A stretch of DNA of 64,000 bases from an uncultured Verrucomicrobiae bacterium (GCA_963764165.1 CAVXRD010000001.1:128001-192000), one strand, 5' to 3'. Positions 39,201 through 47,406 are shown, counted from the stretch's first letter. Numbers and translations: made by a program. Notes: generated from the letters alone by a model not told the origin.

Positions 39201-42200
39201 TCGTCACAGCCGCAAACGACACGCCGTAGGCCCCTCCTCCAATAGAACTGCACCAAACATTCGATACGCTGGAAATCGTCGGCGGCAACGCGGCATTCGT
39301 CACTAACAGAACAACCGACGAGCTGGTGACGCTGGTGTAACCATTGGCAATGATCACCGAGTACGTTCCTGAATCGTTGGTGTGAACCTGGAGCAGCGTC
39401 AGCACATTGCTTTCGCCGCCGATGACGCTGCCCACGCCGCTGACCAGATTGCCATAGCCCGCCTTCGACCATTGATAGGTAACGCCGCAAGACCCATTTT
39501 GAGCCACAGCAAAGACTGCGTTGCCACCAGAGGCCATGGTCAGGTTGGTCGGCTGTCGGAAGATCGAAATCGTGGTTGGGTCTGAGATGGTGATGGCAGC
39601 GGTCAAACTCGTGACCGCGCCATAACTGTTCGTGACAATTACGGTGAAAGAATTCGTCCCAACGTTCGTGCAAGCCGCAGTGTAGTTGGATTGTGTGGCC
39701 CCCGCGATATTGGTGCCGCTCAATTGCCATTGATAAGCGAGTGGGAGTGAGCCGTCCACGGCGACAGATAGCGTCACCGGCGTTCCAAGACACGTTCCTT
39801 GGGTTTCCGGCTGCGACACAATGACCGGCGGCGTGCTGGCCGGAGCGATGATTTGGACAAGAACGTTCGTGCTGCTGTTTCCACCGCAACTGTCGGAGAC
39901 TTCCACCGAGTAAAGTCCGGTGTTCGCGTATTCGGCGTTTGATATCGTATAACTGCTGGCGGTTGCTCCGCTGATGGAGCTGCCGTTGAATGACCACTGA
40001 TATCCAAGCGTTCCCATCGCTCCCGGTGCCGCGGCGCTCAGCGTGACAGTGCTGCTCAAATTCGTCGTCACCGGTCCGGGACTGACATAAAGATTGGTCG
40101 GCAGGGCGCTGACGCTCACGACTGCGGAGGCCGAATCTGATCCATACGCATTTGTAACAATGACCTTGTAAGTCTGCGTTGCGCTCGTCGCTGAGACGGC
40201 GCCTATGCTCAGCGCCCAATTTGTTGAAACGGTGTTGGTTATTGGCGCGTCGTTCAGATACCACTGGTAATGGAATGTTGAAGCCCCGCCCGCCACCACT
40301 TGCAGCGTAAGAAATTCTCCTTCGCAGACAGTCCGGTTTGTCGGCGGAACGACAATGAAAGGTGACTGATTGTAGCAGTCAGGAACGGACAGTGTCGCAA
40401 TGGAGCTGGTCACGGTGCCATTTGTATTCGAGACAACTACCGAATAGTAGTTGGTGCTTGGGTAAAAGCTCGTTATCGATATCGAGTCATTGGTAGCGCT
40501 GGAAATCGCGAATCCGTTGGACATCCATTGAAACGAGATAGGCTTGCATCCTGATACATCCACCCAGAGATTAACCTCCTTGCCTGGACAAATCGTCTGG
40601 CTGACCGGTTGCGTTTTAATGACTGGCGACCACACGTTGGTTGGCCCAAGGTTGGTGTTGACATCGACTTGAATTGGGGATGAAATCTCAGCTCCCACAG
40701 CGTTCCAAATCACACAGTCGTAGGTACCTGCGTTCGTGACATTTGCTGTGGGAATTAAACAGCCCGCAATGTTCGCAAACGTGCATTTCTGCGCACACGG
40801 GTCGAATGAGGTTCTCGCCGGCCACCCGTTAATATAACCATTGGCGTTTGGAATTGGTTGACCGTTGAACCGCCATTGGTAGATGATCGGGAAGTAGTTT
40901 GGCGCCACTGGCAGGCCGAAAGGCTCAACCCACCGAAGAAAGGGGTAAAGCCAGAGATCGGGCGCATCTTGCCACCAGGTTGGATCGTAATTCCACCAAA
41001 GGCCCAGAGCATCCAAAGAGCGCGGGAGGACATCCAAGGTCAAAATCAAAGGAGAACCTTCATCGACATTTGTGGAACTGGGCTGCCACTTGACCAACGG
41101 CGGTGATTCCACCCAACTAACCCCGAATTCACCCTCGACATACTGCAATGGATAGTTGCAGAGCGCCCAAATTGTCGGAGGGTGAGGTATGATATAATCA
41201 GCCCCCGGACACCACTGAAGTGCCGATGGATCAATGATTGGATATGCGTAATAGGTATAGGCCTCGATCCCCGTCTGGACTGTCATTGGGGGGCTGATAT
41301 TGGTTCCGCAGGAGCCGATAATTTCCAGCTGAATTGTTCCCGCCTTGCCAATATACGCGCTCGGGTCAAGATATGAGTTAGTGGCTCCCGGGATGGGGCT
41401 GGCGTTGGCCAGCCATTGGTAGGTGACGTTGGGGGAATTGGTTGCCGCAACCATATCCCCTGGGATCAAAGCTGCTCCAACGTCAAGATCGTACGGCACG
41501 CCTTCCAGATAGTTAAATTGCCCTTCGACGGTTCCTGATCCGACCCAGTTTATGATGTTCCACGCATTTGGAAACTCGGCCAGTTCGGTATCTGGCATGC
41601 CATAGGGCAATGAATCTGAAGAGTTTGAGAGCACTCCCCAGTAAACAAATTGCGCGTCCTGCATGGCCATCAGGAGATTTGTCGTGCACGTGACGGTTTG
41701 GTAGCCATTGCTCGCCACCAAGGCGTAATTTCCCAGATCGGTTGACTGAAAATTGGAAATCGTGAGGGTGGCTGAATTTGCCCCGCTTATCTGCGTGTTG
41801 TCCGTCAGATTGACGCCGTTAAGCTGCCATTGAAGACTTAGCGGCTCAATCCCATTGACCGTAGATCTGAGAGTGACGGTGGCCCAGGTGCAGATGCTCG
41901 TTGGGGTTGCCGCGATTGTGGGCGTCAAGTCGATTGGACAATTATATGTCGTCAGCTCATCAAGCTGGCCGCGCATTTGGTTCGTGCCGGTGTGATCGCT
42001 GCCAATGCTGAATCCGTAGAGCTCGCGCTGCGCAATCGTGGGGTAATTGGTCACTCCCGGACCAATTTGCGCCACAGTTCCATCCAAAATTAAGGACGTT
42101 TGATCCGGGCCGTAATTGAGCGTCACTTGATGCCACGCATTCGACGTCCAATTTGTGATGGACACGGCGATGTTGGTCGTAGCAACCAAATTGGAACTGG

Positions 42201-45200
42201 TCGCGAAATAAAGCCATGAACCGGCCGAATCCACAAAAAGCGACCACCAGCCATTGGTTGAACTGGCATCGCCCAATTGCAGAAGTGTTCCGTGCGCTCC
42301 CCCGGGGCCGGAACCACCGTTCCAATCCGGCGCGAACCAGAAATTTACCGCCCCGTTAATGCAGTTGATGTTCAGGGTGCCGTTTGCTTGGGCGTATGGA
42401 TAACTCAGATTGGCGGAAATATTGGTATCGACCTTAAGAGCGTTAGTCCAAGGACTGGCAGGATTCTGGAGGCCGTAGCTCGCCAAAGGCTGCTGGCCGG
42501 GGCTTCCGACCCAAGGGCCGCCCGCATTTCCCTCGTTGAAGCTCCAATAGCCGAGGAGCAACGCATTTGTATTCGAACAGTTTTGCTCCACATCACCGTC
42601 TTCAAACACACTGATGATGTTGGTGATCGCCGATGTTCCCGATTGGCAGACGACGGTGAAGATTCCGGGCTGCGCGAGCGAAATATACGTGATATTGGTC
42701 AGCTGCCCGTCTAGCGACCACACCGCAGGCAAGCCGCTTGCGGGCAGATTCGGCGACGATTTGGCGACAATTTCCAAATTGCTGGAAGAAACGGGAATGG
42801 AATATGTCAGCAACGTAGCATTGCTGGAAGTGAACGGGTAGTTCGTCGGCGGCGCCAGCGAGGCAACTTCCACAACGGTGAGGCTGGCATTGGAGCTGGT
42901 GGCTGTTCCAGCCACATTTGTAACGCAGACCGAATAAGTTCCCGAGTTGGCCAGCTGCGCGTTTGCGACGGTGTAAGAACTCGAAGTGGCAGTGGATATA
43001 TTGGTTCCGTTGAGCATCCACTGATAGGATAGCGGAGTGCTCCCGGCTGATGGTGCGCTGAAGATGACAGTTGCCCCGAGGCCCACGACCTCGCTGGCGG
43101 GCTGCGCCACTAAATAGGGAGGACCGACCGGCAAACCGTTTGTTCCAAGAGCAGGATAGTGAAACCCGATGCTGACAGCGTTTGTTCCGTCAATCGTGTT
43201 GTTTGTCATCACGGTGAAATAAGACAACTCGGCCGCGGAAGCTGACTGGCTCCCGGCATTTATCAGTGTCAAATTTGTCGGTGAAAATATGCTTGGATAA
43301 TAGTAAGGTCCGAACGCTCCGCTCTGAAACGCAGGGCTGCTACTCAGAATGACAGCGTTGTTTTCAGGGGGCACAACACCGTAGTTTGTGGTGACGTAGG
43401 CGTTGTTGCTGCACACGTCCATCGGTTTCTGCGTGCCGCTGCCCTGGGCAAACGCTGTTTGGTCAAGCAGGTTGTCGCGCACCGAGAATATGCCGGAGTT
43501 ACGGTGGGTGATCGTCAGGGAACCATTCCAAAATAAATTATTCTCCGCCGTAATCGGGATATTCGAACCGAGGTCGCTTAACGTGACCGCCGCGCGTTGG
43601 AAAAGGCAGTTCGTCAACGCGGCAGGCATGAATTTTAGGTTCACAGTTGCGTTGAAAACCTGGCAGTTTTGGAGAACGACAGGCATCGCAGCATCTTCCG
43701 GATAGACTGCCCCGTCCAACGAGAGGGTCGAGAATTCCGTGAATGAAAATGCCGCCGAGGAGGAATCCGTCTGCACAGGCGTGATCAAATTTCCCTGCCA
43801 CGCAACGGTCGGCCAGCACCAGTTCGTATTGGATTGCTCCTGCACCGTGTTATATTTCACGAATAAAGCTGGGCTGGTCGCGTTGCCCTCGAAATTGAGA
43901 ATTCCGTTTGCATAAAGCCAAAACCCGTATTCAAGTCCGAACGCCGCAACGGCTGTCCCTGGGAGCACAGTTACGGTGGCGTTTGAGATCGCGGCGTTCA
44001 CCGCCCAATCCAAGGGCGGGTAATGATATCCAAGGTCAAGCTGGTTCCCGATGTTTCTCGGCACTACGGGGCCAAGGTTGGTGGTATTCGTGATCCAAGA
44101 TTGATTGAAAACCAACGGCGGATAGGTGGTCAAAGACTCCAAATCGGCAAGCACCGCAGCATTGATGTTTGTCGTACCCGCATTCTGATTTGTGCTGCCG
44201 TTCGCTAGATAATAGCCGCCAGCCCCTACGGTCTGATAAAAGCCCGTGTTAGTCGAATTCACGACGCTGCTGCTGAACGCGATTCCAGAAGTATTGGAAA
44301 CCCCTGTGAAGATGCAATTCGTTGCAAAACAGATATTGCTGGACCCGGTCATGAACGTCGAAATCTGATCCGCCGTCACGTTTACCGCATTGAGGGAAGC
44401 AAAGTTTGAGCCGACGCTATTGATGTAAAAGGCGGTGGTGCATTGGGCAAAAAGCACGTTATAGGCGTCGATAGGAAATCCCGACGCTGATCCGGTATAC
44501 GATAGATAAGGAACTAAAAACGCGCTCGAACAATCAAAAAATTGGCAGTCCCATATCTGGATGGGAGTCGAGCTGAACCACGAAATAACGCCCATAATGG
44601 CGTCGGCGGAGTACGAAAAGCGCAGATATTTGAAGACAAGGGCATTTGTCCCCGGATTATTGAAGCAGATGTATGCTGCCGCGCACGTATTTGGAGTCCC
44701 GGTGCTGCCGCTGATGGTCGATCCGGCAGTGTTGTCATTCATGGAAGTGAAGACCGCCGGGCGATACGCCGCTGTTTGGCATACGATGTTCGAAATCAAG
44801 ATTTCAGCGCCTGAATTATTCGTGTATTTGACTACGGCCCCGCCTTCCACTGTTAGCGTGCCCGAAACATTGACTGTACCCGTCACGAAATAGGTAGAAT
44901 CGCCCTGGAGCGTGAGATTGTTCGTGCTGCTCAGGAGATTATAGTCCACCACCAAGCCGGATTGATTTTTCTTCATTCCGGCGAACAGCATCGAATTTGT
45001 TTCGCTCTCAATCTGTCTAGACCATTTCTTGGGGACGTCCAAGAATGCAAGGCGGCGAACCGAACCACGCCCAGGATCAAGATTCGAGGCGTGAGGGAGA
45101 TTCTGAAGCTGATTGGAAATCGCCTCGAAAGGTATGGATTCAATCAAAAAGGTCCTGCCATTCACCTGAACCCATCTTTTTCTCACGCTTCCGGCGGGCA

Positions 45201-46005
45201 CCGGCGCATCCGCCCCATTGAGATAAAGCGCCTCTCCCACTCCCATCTTCATCTCACCGAAGTCCAGCACTTGGTCGTCGACTGTGCTGCCATTGGTGAT
45301 CGAGCTTGCCTGAGGTTCAGCGGAATTGAAAAACTCGGTATAGATCTGCAAAATTGACCCGGCGTCAGACAGGCCGTAACTCGCGGGACCGGCTGGCGCT
45401 TGCCGCAGCACAATGTCCTGGCTCAGTCCGGCCTTCGTGTAGGTGTACCAAATATCCGCATTCAGATTGCTGAAAGCTCCGGAGTATAACACCTGATTTG
45501 TCGCCACAATGGTGCCAGTGCAATTTTTCAGTGTTGCAATCATGGCATTGGATCCAGTCGAAGTATCGTACCAGGCAAGGCCCACCACCGAGCTTGAAAG
45601 CTGCTTTCCATCTGGCGTCGCAACCACAACCGCGCCGCCCGGCGCATTCGCGTTAAGAGCCCAGGTGACTTTATGCCGACCCTGGACCGCTTGCGCTCCG
45701 CCTGGAACGGCGTCAACTTCCTCAACGGAGTCAGCGTATTGCCCATTCGTGAGGTAGCAAAGTCCGGTTGCGATTTCCGTGTAGGATTGAATATTGGTTG
45801 TTACCGTTCCAATGGAATTTGTCTGCAACTGCAAGCGCTGCCAAAGCCGCGAATGAGGAGTCCGCCCGGTGATGGCGTAGTCGCTTGGAGTTGATGTGGC
45901 GGTCGAGTTTGTGGTTTGAACTTGAGCCAGGACGCGGCCTGGGCCAAGGACAACTCCAGTTAAAGCTATTAGGAACAATCGGCGGGCTAAAGGGGGAAAA
46001 TTCAT
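30250..46005 (-). CDS. Giant secreted RHS/YD polymorphic toxin (Ig, LamG, RCC1-like, FN3 and RHS regions) with PD-(D/E)XK-type nuclease tip
   Basis: Signal peptide MNFPPL...VLAQ. Ig repeats (LSYQW...SGTYSV), LamG (WHQVTL...LDELTTY), RCC1-like (ALxSxGTVWxWG), FN3 and YD repeats, then RYYAPNLGRF and DPSGH. Tip GTKAH...EVSY...RLDVV...DLKTG. Confidence 0.9.
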   Translation of the reverse strand: MNFPPLARRLFLIALTGVVLGPGRVLAQVQTTNSTATSTPSDYAITGRTPHSRLWQRLQLQTNSIGTVTTNIQSYTEIATGLCYLTNGQYADSVEEVDAVPGGAQAVQGRHKVTWALNANAPGGAVVVATPDGKQLSSSVVGLAWYDTSTGSNAMIATLKNCTGTIVATNQVLYSGAFSNLNADIWYTYTKAGLSQDIVLRQAPAGPASYGLSDAGSILQIYTEFFNSAEPQASSITNGSTVDDQVLDFGEMKMGVGEALYLNGADAPVPAGSVRKRWVQVNGRTFLIESIPFEAISNQLQNLPHASNLDPGRGSVRRLAFLDVPKKWSRQIESETNSMLFAGMKKNQSGLVVDYNLLSSTNNLTLQGDSTYFVTGTVNVSGTLTVEGGAVVKYTNNSGAEILISNIVCQTAAYRPAVFTSMNDNTAGSTISGSTGTPNTCAAAYICFNNPGTNALVFKYLRFSYSADAIMGVISWFSSTPIQIWDCQFFDCSSAFLVPYLSYTGSASGFPIDAYNVLFAQCTTAFYINSVGSNFASLNAVNVTADQISTFMTGSSNICFATNCIFTGVSNTSGIAFSSSVVNSTNTGFYQTVGAGGYYLANGSTNQNAGTTNINAAVLADLESLTTYPPLVFNQSWITNTTNLGPVVPRNIGNQLDLGYHYPPLDWAVNAAISNATVTVLPGTAVAAFGLEYGFWLYANGILNFEGNATSPALFVKYNTVQEQSNTNWCWPTVAWQGNLITPVQTDSSSAAFSFTEFSTLSLDGAVYPEDAAMPVVLQNCQVFNATVNLKFMPAALTNCLFQRAAVTLSDLGSNIPITAENNLFWNGSLTITHRNSGIFSVRDNLLDQTAFAQGSGTQKPMDVCSNNAYVTTNYGVVPPENNAVILSSSPAFQSGAFGPYYYPSIFSPTNLTLINAGSQSASAAELSYFTVMTNNTIDGTNAVSIGFHYPALGTNGLPVGPPYLVAQPASEVVGLGATVIFSAPSAGSTPLSYQWMLNGTNISTATSSSYTVANAQLANSGTYSVCVTNVAGTATSSNASLTVVEVASLAPPTNYPFTSSNATLLTYSIPVSSSNLEIVAKSSPNLPASGLPAVWSLDGQLTNITYISLAQPGIFTVVCQSGTSAITNIISVFEDGDVEQNCSNTNALLLGYWSFNEGNAGGPWVGSPGQQPLASYGLQNPASPWTNALKVDTNISANLSYPYAQANGTLNINCINGAVNFWFAPDWNGGSGPGGAHGTLLQLGDASSTNGWWSLFVDSAGSWLYFATSSNLVATTNIAVSITNWTSNAWHQVTLNYGPDQTSLILDGTVAQIGPGVTNYPTIAQRELYGFSIGSDHTGTNQMRGQLDELTTYNCPIDLTPTIAATPTSICTWATVTLRSTVNGIEPLSLQWQLNGVNLTDNTQISGANSATLTISNFQSTDLGNYALVASNGYQTVTCTTNLLMAMQDAQFVYWGVLSNSSDSLPYGMPDTELAEFPNAWNIINWVGSGTVEGQFNYLEGVPYDLDVGAALIPGDMVAATNSPNVTYQWLANASPIPGATNSYLDPSAYIGKAGTIQLEIIGSCGTNISPPMTVQTGIEAYTYYAYPIIDPSALQWCPGADYIIPHPPTIWALCNYPLQYVEGEFGVSWVESPPLVKWQPSSTNVDEGSPLILTLDVLPRSLDALGLWWNYDPTWWQDAPDLWLYPFLRWVEPFGLPVAPNYFPIIYQWRFNGQPIPNANGYINGWPARTSFDPCAQKCTFANIAGCLIPTANVTNAGTYDCVIWNAVGAEISSPIQVDVNTNLGPTNVWSPVIKTQPVSQTICPGKEVNLWVDVSGCKPISFQWMSNGFAISSATNDSISITSFYPSTNYYSVVVSNTNGTVTSSIATLSVPDCYNQSPFIVVPPTNRTVCEGEFLTLQVVAGGASTFHYQWYLNDAPITNTVSTNWALSIGAVSATSATQTYKVIVTNAYGSDSASAVVSVSALPTNLYVSPGPVTTNLSSTVTLSAAAPGAMGTLGYQWSFNGSSISGATASSYTISNAEYANTGLYSVEVSDSCGGNSSTNVLVQIIAPASTPPVIVSQPETQGTCLGTPVTLSVAVDGSLPLAYQWQLSGTNIAGATQSNYTAACTNVGTNSFTVIVTNSYGAVTSLTAAITISDPTTISIFRQPTNLTMASGGNAVFAVAQNGSCGVTYQWSKAGYGNLVSGVGSVIGGESNVLTLLQVHTNDSGTYSVIIANGYTSVTSSSVVLLVTNAALPPTISSVSNVWCSSIGGGAYGVSFAAVTNKSDARDPNGWPFYFEIETVTNGTLVINGTPFAPPTASKPNCTFNSQSTMAWTPGISHQGIAVPAFFVRVSDGAMLSTNQVPVPIIPLPPTVMLGWGNNKWGSLADGNFASLPIPTPDLPSKAWPWTNPLSVSTPVQSIGLTNLKAFSHDPFDGGAAVNEAGNLLMWGSMTAAYGIFGEGVGTNELLPYFTTPILVEMSNDTGVLAPWTNTVDVSLGYLAIYAIRAVGTNRTIWSWGDLQFGEIGRELDEWEGNNTFQGVGTFKANPITGITNAQGEQISVAEVASDKAMSALALGVDGSVWCWGEMQSLDTDLDDYNVVNAGFFTLFGGPDEVPTRVTDFDTGSPVIQVSASASHYMALRSNGTVWEFGFVPRLALLNGCIFGPPLDCGFTNVPQQAPGLPTNVVSIGAGGLYSLALMSDGTVWQWGLAAQGYDASSGVYTNPVQVYGLSNIIKIDVAWDSCVALDSSGNVWEWGDLEFDQNGFDYNYPDYQSAQPILNPNIEFATNVWIGWQSVFACGSVVTDRPRQLVATPLSTEIQLNWASFPGAAYYNVYRSLTNGGTYGVVGTSTSNSFLDVGLSNGTTYYYTVSAMYAGSETPQSDQASATPYPPPTNVIWSSSYLYGSTNYGIDSQCQDIHLVWYAVDGATVYQVCRSTSLSGPYSIINETTVESNLDISAEGGVNYYYYVVAGNGAGFGPPSITNGPIALDPSTCVPAPIILTNWVPQNGEIELTWQFDATSGLDGFDIETYVCRQDDQNKQAPTASSFPWPVFYSASSLSNISTDTYTYNMTNDVGLIPEYIYWFRVCAVSNGEPGIYSTIVGPISECADLSNIGAPLKVVAVAGNEQVYLEWQAVSNATSYNVGFNTNGSTNFAFVATNLNDTRFWHLGLSNDTTYNYQVTPEVLYEVTNANTNWSYFDYVLGKPAFASATPSNTLGLSTNISTNFTLAATGFDSLVYLHWESLGNPPQYQCFVERKFQTNTDASYQVLSGTGYGLAYYDYDVVNGVTYAYRVTAFDSNFNCFRAVATNVTPSATGILTAIGTPGNGYVSLQWNGIGAASYFIKSGPSAGGPYTALGNTYGTSFICSPVQNGVTNYYVVEAATPFGTTVDSAPIAIVASATLASMPPQNFTAACGSSNILLSWSPVSGAASYRLSWSLPPDYLIYSGPGTAFSFPVPSNTVDNTVFWFDLVDVNQQGQISGVSSASVLYSNIFSAPDANPIVLTVGTYVVPATNGSITNVGPTNLTLTASVQTTNGAGAMVTFYDGPNAIGSAPGPVAQMTWFNVPGGTHAVTAQAVTLPVSPTVALLGDYQNGATFTSATCTMTMLVQPPLTMYQTSATDLQLPAPGLPLSISRSYTSQITNSPGNLGIGWTPSWSVASVQVANGNLANGWIEAGFDYSGVAYAAETTSHLVTLTLPGGASAYFSPTLAPADDPQGSGLSLSFQPCIPNEGTLTCTEAMQGTASLGYSDDLNTWGHNTFFLTGDPDNQTTQFSPDTFVYTTAANTTYQFIQPSGVWLLKQITDANGNSLSYGYDNLNRLTAMQHSNGRVIQFSYTTITNTSPPETWINVSDSVDASAGMHSGAYATNWVVRYLVQGANPTNGLLMEVDKVTNYATGGFERTTYGYDSNNDVNTNRLTQVFDGRGILVTSNLYSAAGDGSLSNQFDAFLHTSIYTYNPTTTVQTVSRMVSGSNQTVTVNYAPSGAVGSVLQPISDLGYTGTTYTYDNNGNVTAQTDSYGNSQKTQYDSLNRPISQSDALGNSTSVQLNVMGQPTLSTDANGNGTTNVYDPSSGNLLQSQDPTGSQSSMTYAPAIMGINGVAAGGLVASSTQQSPGVSYPVTTSYAYYPGSGQPQPNSSGEVASMTQQWPSGSGMPVSTTSYTYDANGNRTSETTTATVNGVPNTPIVTQYQYDAENRLVATIDAIGRISTTIYDHAGHPYITTDVDNRSTTNTYDAAGNLIETAYPDGTVSRMTYDELNHVLYTQDRSVPGTGGATTNAASLNVYDGAGRVVCVERLSGVSLTRQTNTALITRSGADTIYGMTNTSAGTLVSFTRTVYDLAGRVRYSMAANGNVTQYSYDAAGRRTNVLVYTNYTVNLSSINQTIAPTGGTNSTQYFYDPNGNQIAMIDANGHETDYLYDTANRLVLTTYPVLADGTRHQTAIAYDGAGNKIGTTDEAGVKTAYTYDYRGLLTSVILDTASSGQLTYQYTYDERGNQLSQSDANGNLTQYQYDALGRRTMRILPDGSAEITAYADVPLTNGSSIKVQQTSVTDFRGKTIVTTEDVVGRIATKVLPPINLGETTTTETYAYLPGGQLSHVWITNSGSLLREEDYVYDNVGRLIVKTCPEGALQYTYTPNNQVQTMQAYSPGVVAISGGPPDVSVGYGYDFLGRLSSVSNYLATNAATYRYDNVGNLAGFAYPNGVQHSCSYNAQNRLTWLALTNGSGVLVQSFAYGLSMVGSRTNVVESGGHGSLGQVAWGYDGSGLARVSRLTSEAFYGTSGSFIGAVTNTYDPAGNRLTRRTWAGSPVAGQTNAYDHRDLIDSDNIPNNANTNYDANGNTLALPSSASGNYYDAQNRLITDQGDDVLEYDHSGNRVNESYGINLYLVDEMSPSGYPQVVAQYWPEAMSATVSYVWGLSLISQNWSNSPVRYTGFDGQGSVRLLLDGSGSVQDTYDYDGYGNLLYQTGSDQNFYLYDCEFYDPYLEMYSLGPRYYAPNLGRFITSDSYDGNQEDPLSLHKYLYCEADPVNMRDPSGHDGDLGGLMMSTTIAAGLDGMYNGAVLAAGNALQATLIGVQNRLTENAILGGYLLDVANGLALGYGIGATVDVAGDLLFGANVSGEAVSLEVNGANTVQGAQEFALTESTAANLMGAAGRAAKTVEEEFGLTEGMPGFGTKAHTAFAKEVKAMGLNSEVSYLNGKEVPYGTPGSVRLDVVKGDKLQPQAVWDLKTGSAKLKAARIQQIRKHLPEGYQNIPIEEIRP

Positions 46006-46754
46006 GGAGTGTTGCCTGCCGTGTCTTGCGGGGGAGCGCGGCAATGAAATTGGTTGTTGAATATTGAAATTGCGAGCCTGACAAACCCTTGCTACATCGC
46101 GAGCGATAGCAGACCCAATAACATTTCTCGGGAAGAGAGTTTCTACAGATCAATTGAGAACGTCAATCTATTTTTGAAGATAATTCAAAGAAAATGGATC
46201 CAATTGTCACTTACTGTCGACTTCTATCGATGCGGAGAACAGTAGATAGCCAAATTGTAGCTTATCGTCTGCTATTCGCCGGGCCTCGATTCCTCAAAAA
46301 TAGATTGACGCCCCAATCGCCAGGTGTGATGAAAAAAGGTGAAGCTCTCAATAATATAATATTGAGGCGGCGGCGCAGCACCGCCCTACCGCAATTTGGC
46401 AGGGCGGACCTGTGCGTCCGCCCAAATATTCGTGTGGAATATCACGGTCAATCGCATCTAATCGCCCTTGCGTGCGATTTTTTGCTGGCAGTCAACAAAT
46501 TGTTTTGATAGAAAAGCAAGCCACGCCGGGAAACGACGCAGGAACGGGTACTTCTTTGGCGCGATGAAAGTGATCTGATGCAATTTCGAAACGAGCATCT
46601 TGGGGACGAAAAAGTGAAAGGCCGCAAGCTGTGACGGGGCGGAGCTTTGCCGAATTTTTTCCTTGGCGCCACGGGCCAGGAATTACTTCGTCCGTTTGGC
46701 CCAAGCCAAATCGCGCTCCAGCGTCAACAACGTGCAAGTGTTGTGCAGTTTAAG

Positions 46755-47015
46755 CTAACCTATTCGGATTTGCCGCTCGTATTCTTCATGAGGCCCGATC
46801 CAAAACCATTTTGCCGCGCCACCTTCTACGATGGCAAGGGCTCGATAATTGTCTGTAACGCGCGCAGACCAGAATCCTCCAACTTTTTTAAAATGAAGCG
46901 AAGGATGCTGCGGGTTTTGAAGCCACAACCTGAAGGCCCTTCGCGCCGCACGTTGGATTTCTGGCGGCAGTTGCGCGAATCGGTTACGAAAGCTTTTTGT
47001 GGTCGAGGAACGCAT
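46755..47015 (-). CDS. RelE/ParE-superfamily toxin
   Basis: 86 aa: LPPEIQRAARRAFRLWLQNPQHPSLHFKKV..WSARV..NYRAL...WFWIGPHEEY. Confidence 0.82.
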   Translation of the reverse strand: MRSSTTKSFRNRFAQLPPEIQRAARRAFRLWLQNPQHPSLHFKKVGGFWSARVTDNYRALAIVEGGAAKWFWIGPHEEYERQIRIG

Positions 47016-47214
47016 CAAGCGGTGCCTCCGACTCGCCCGGCTCCTCTTTCTGAAGACGCTCGTAAAACTCGCGCAGCCTGCCAGACCCCGCATCGTGCTC
47101 GATTTGGCGATCCCATTCGTCCGCATGGCGCTCGCGCAGATGCCGAACGAGTTCGAAAAACTGCTCGCGCGGCAACCCTTCGATTTGCCTCTCTATTTCC
47201 TGCAACGTCGTCAC
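46984..47214 (-). CDS. Putative cognate antitoxin
   Basis: Small acidic protein (EIERQIEGLP...WDRQIEHDAGSGRL) upstream of and overlapping the toxin. GTG start. Confidence 0.75.
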   Translation of the reverse strand: MTTLQEIERQIEGLPREQFFELVRHLRERHADEWDRQIEHDAGSGRLREFYERLQKEEPGESEAPLDAFLDHKKLS

Positions 47215-47255
47215 ACATACAGATTATCTTAACCAAGCTTGGTCATCAAGCCCAA

Positions 47256-47360
47256 GCTTCAACGGAGCCGCGCTCGCTTGAGCGCGGAATGTATTGGTTT
47301 TCACTCGTTTTAACATGCAACGAGCCAGCTTCAACGGGACCGCCTTCGACGGACGATTTG
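47256..47360 (-). CRISPR. Single-spacer mini-array (crRNA-like regulatory RNA), inverted relative to the main array
   Basis: Minus strand: degenerate repeat ending CCGTTGAAGC (47360-47328), 36-nt spacer (47327-47292), then a near-canonical repeat CATTCCGCGCTCAAGCGAGCGCGGCTCCGTTGAAGC (47291-47256, 33/36 identity). Confidence 0.88.
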
Positions 47361-47370
47361 TTGGAGACGA

Positions 47371-47399
47371 TTGACAGTTCAAGAATTATTGCTTAACAT
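47371..47399 (+). promoter_or_regulatory. sigma70-type promoter of the cas operon
   Basis: TTGACA-N17-TAACAT, 80 bp upstream of the csb1 ATG. Confidence 0.8.
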
Positions 47400-47406
47400 G
47401 CAACTA

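Noticed and set aside
47215..47255. Second guide downstream of the full mini-array repeat
   Set aside because: No closing repeat, and only a 6-7 nt match near 46700 without a TTN PAM.
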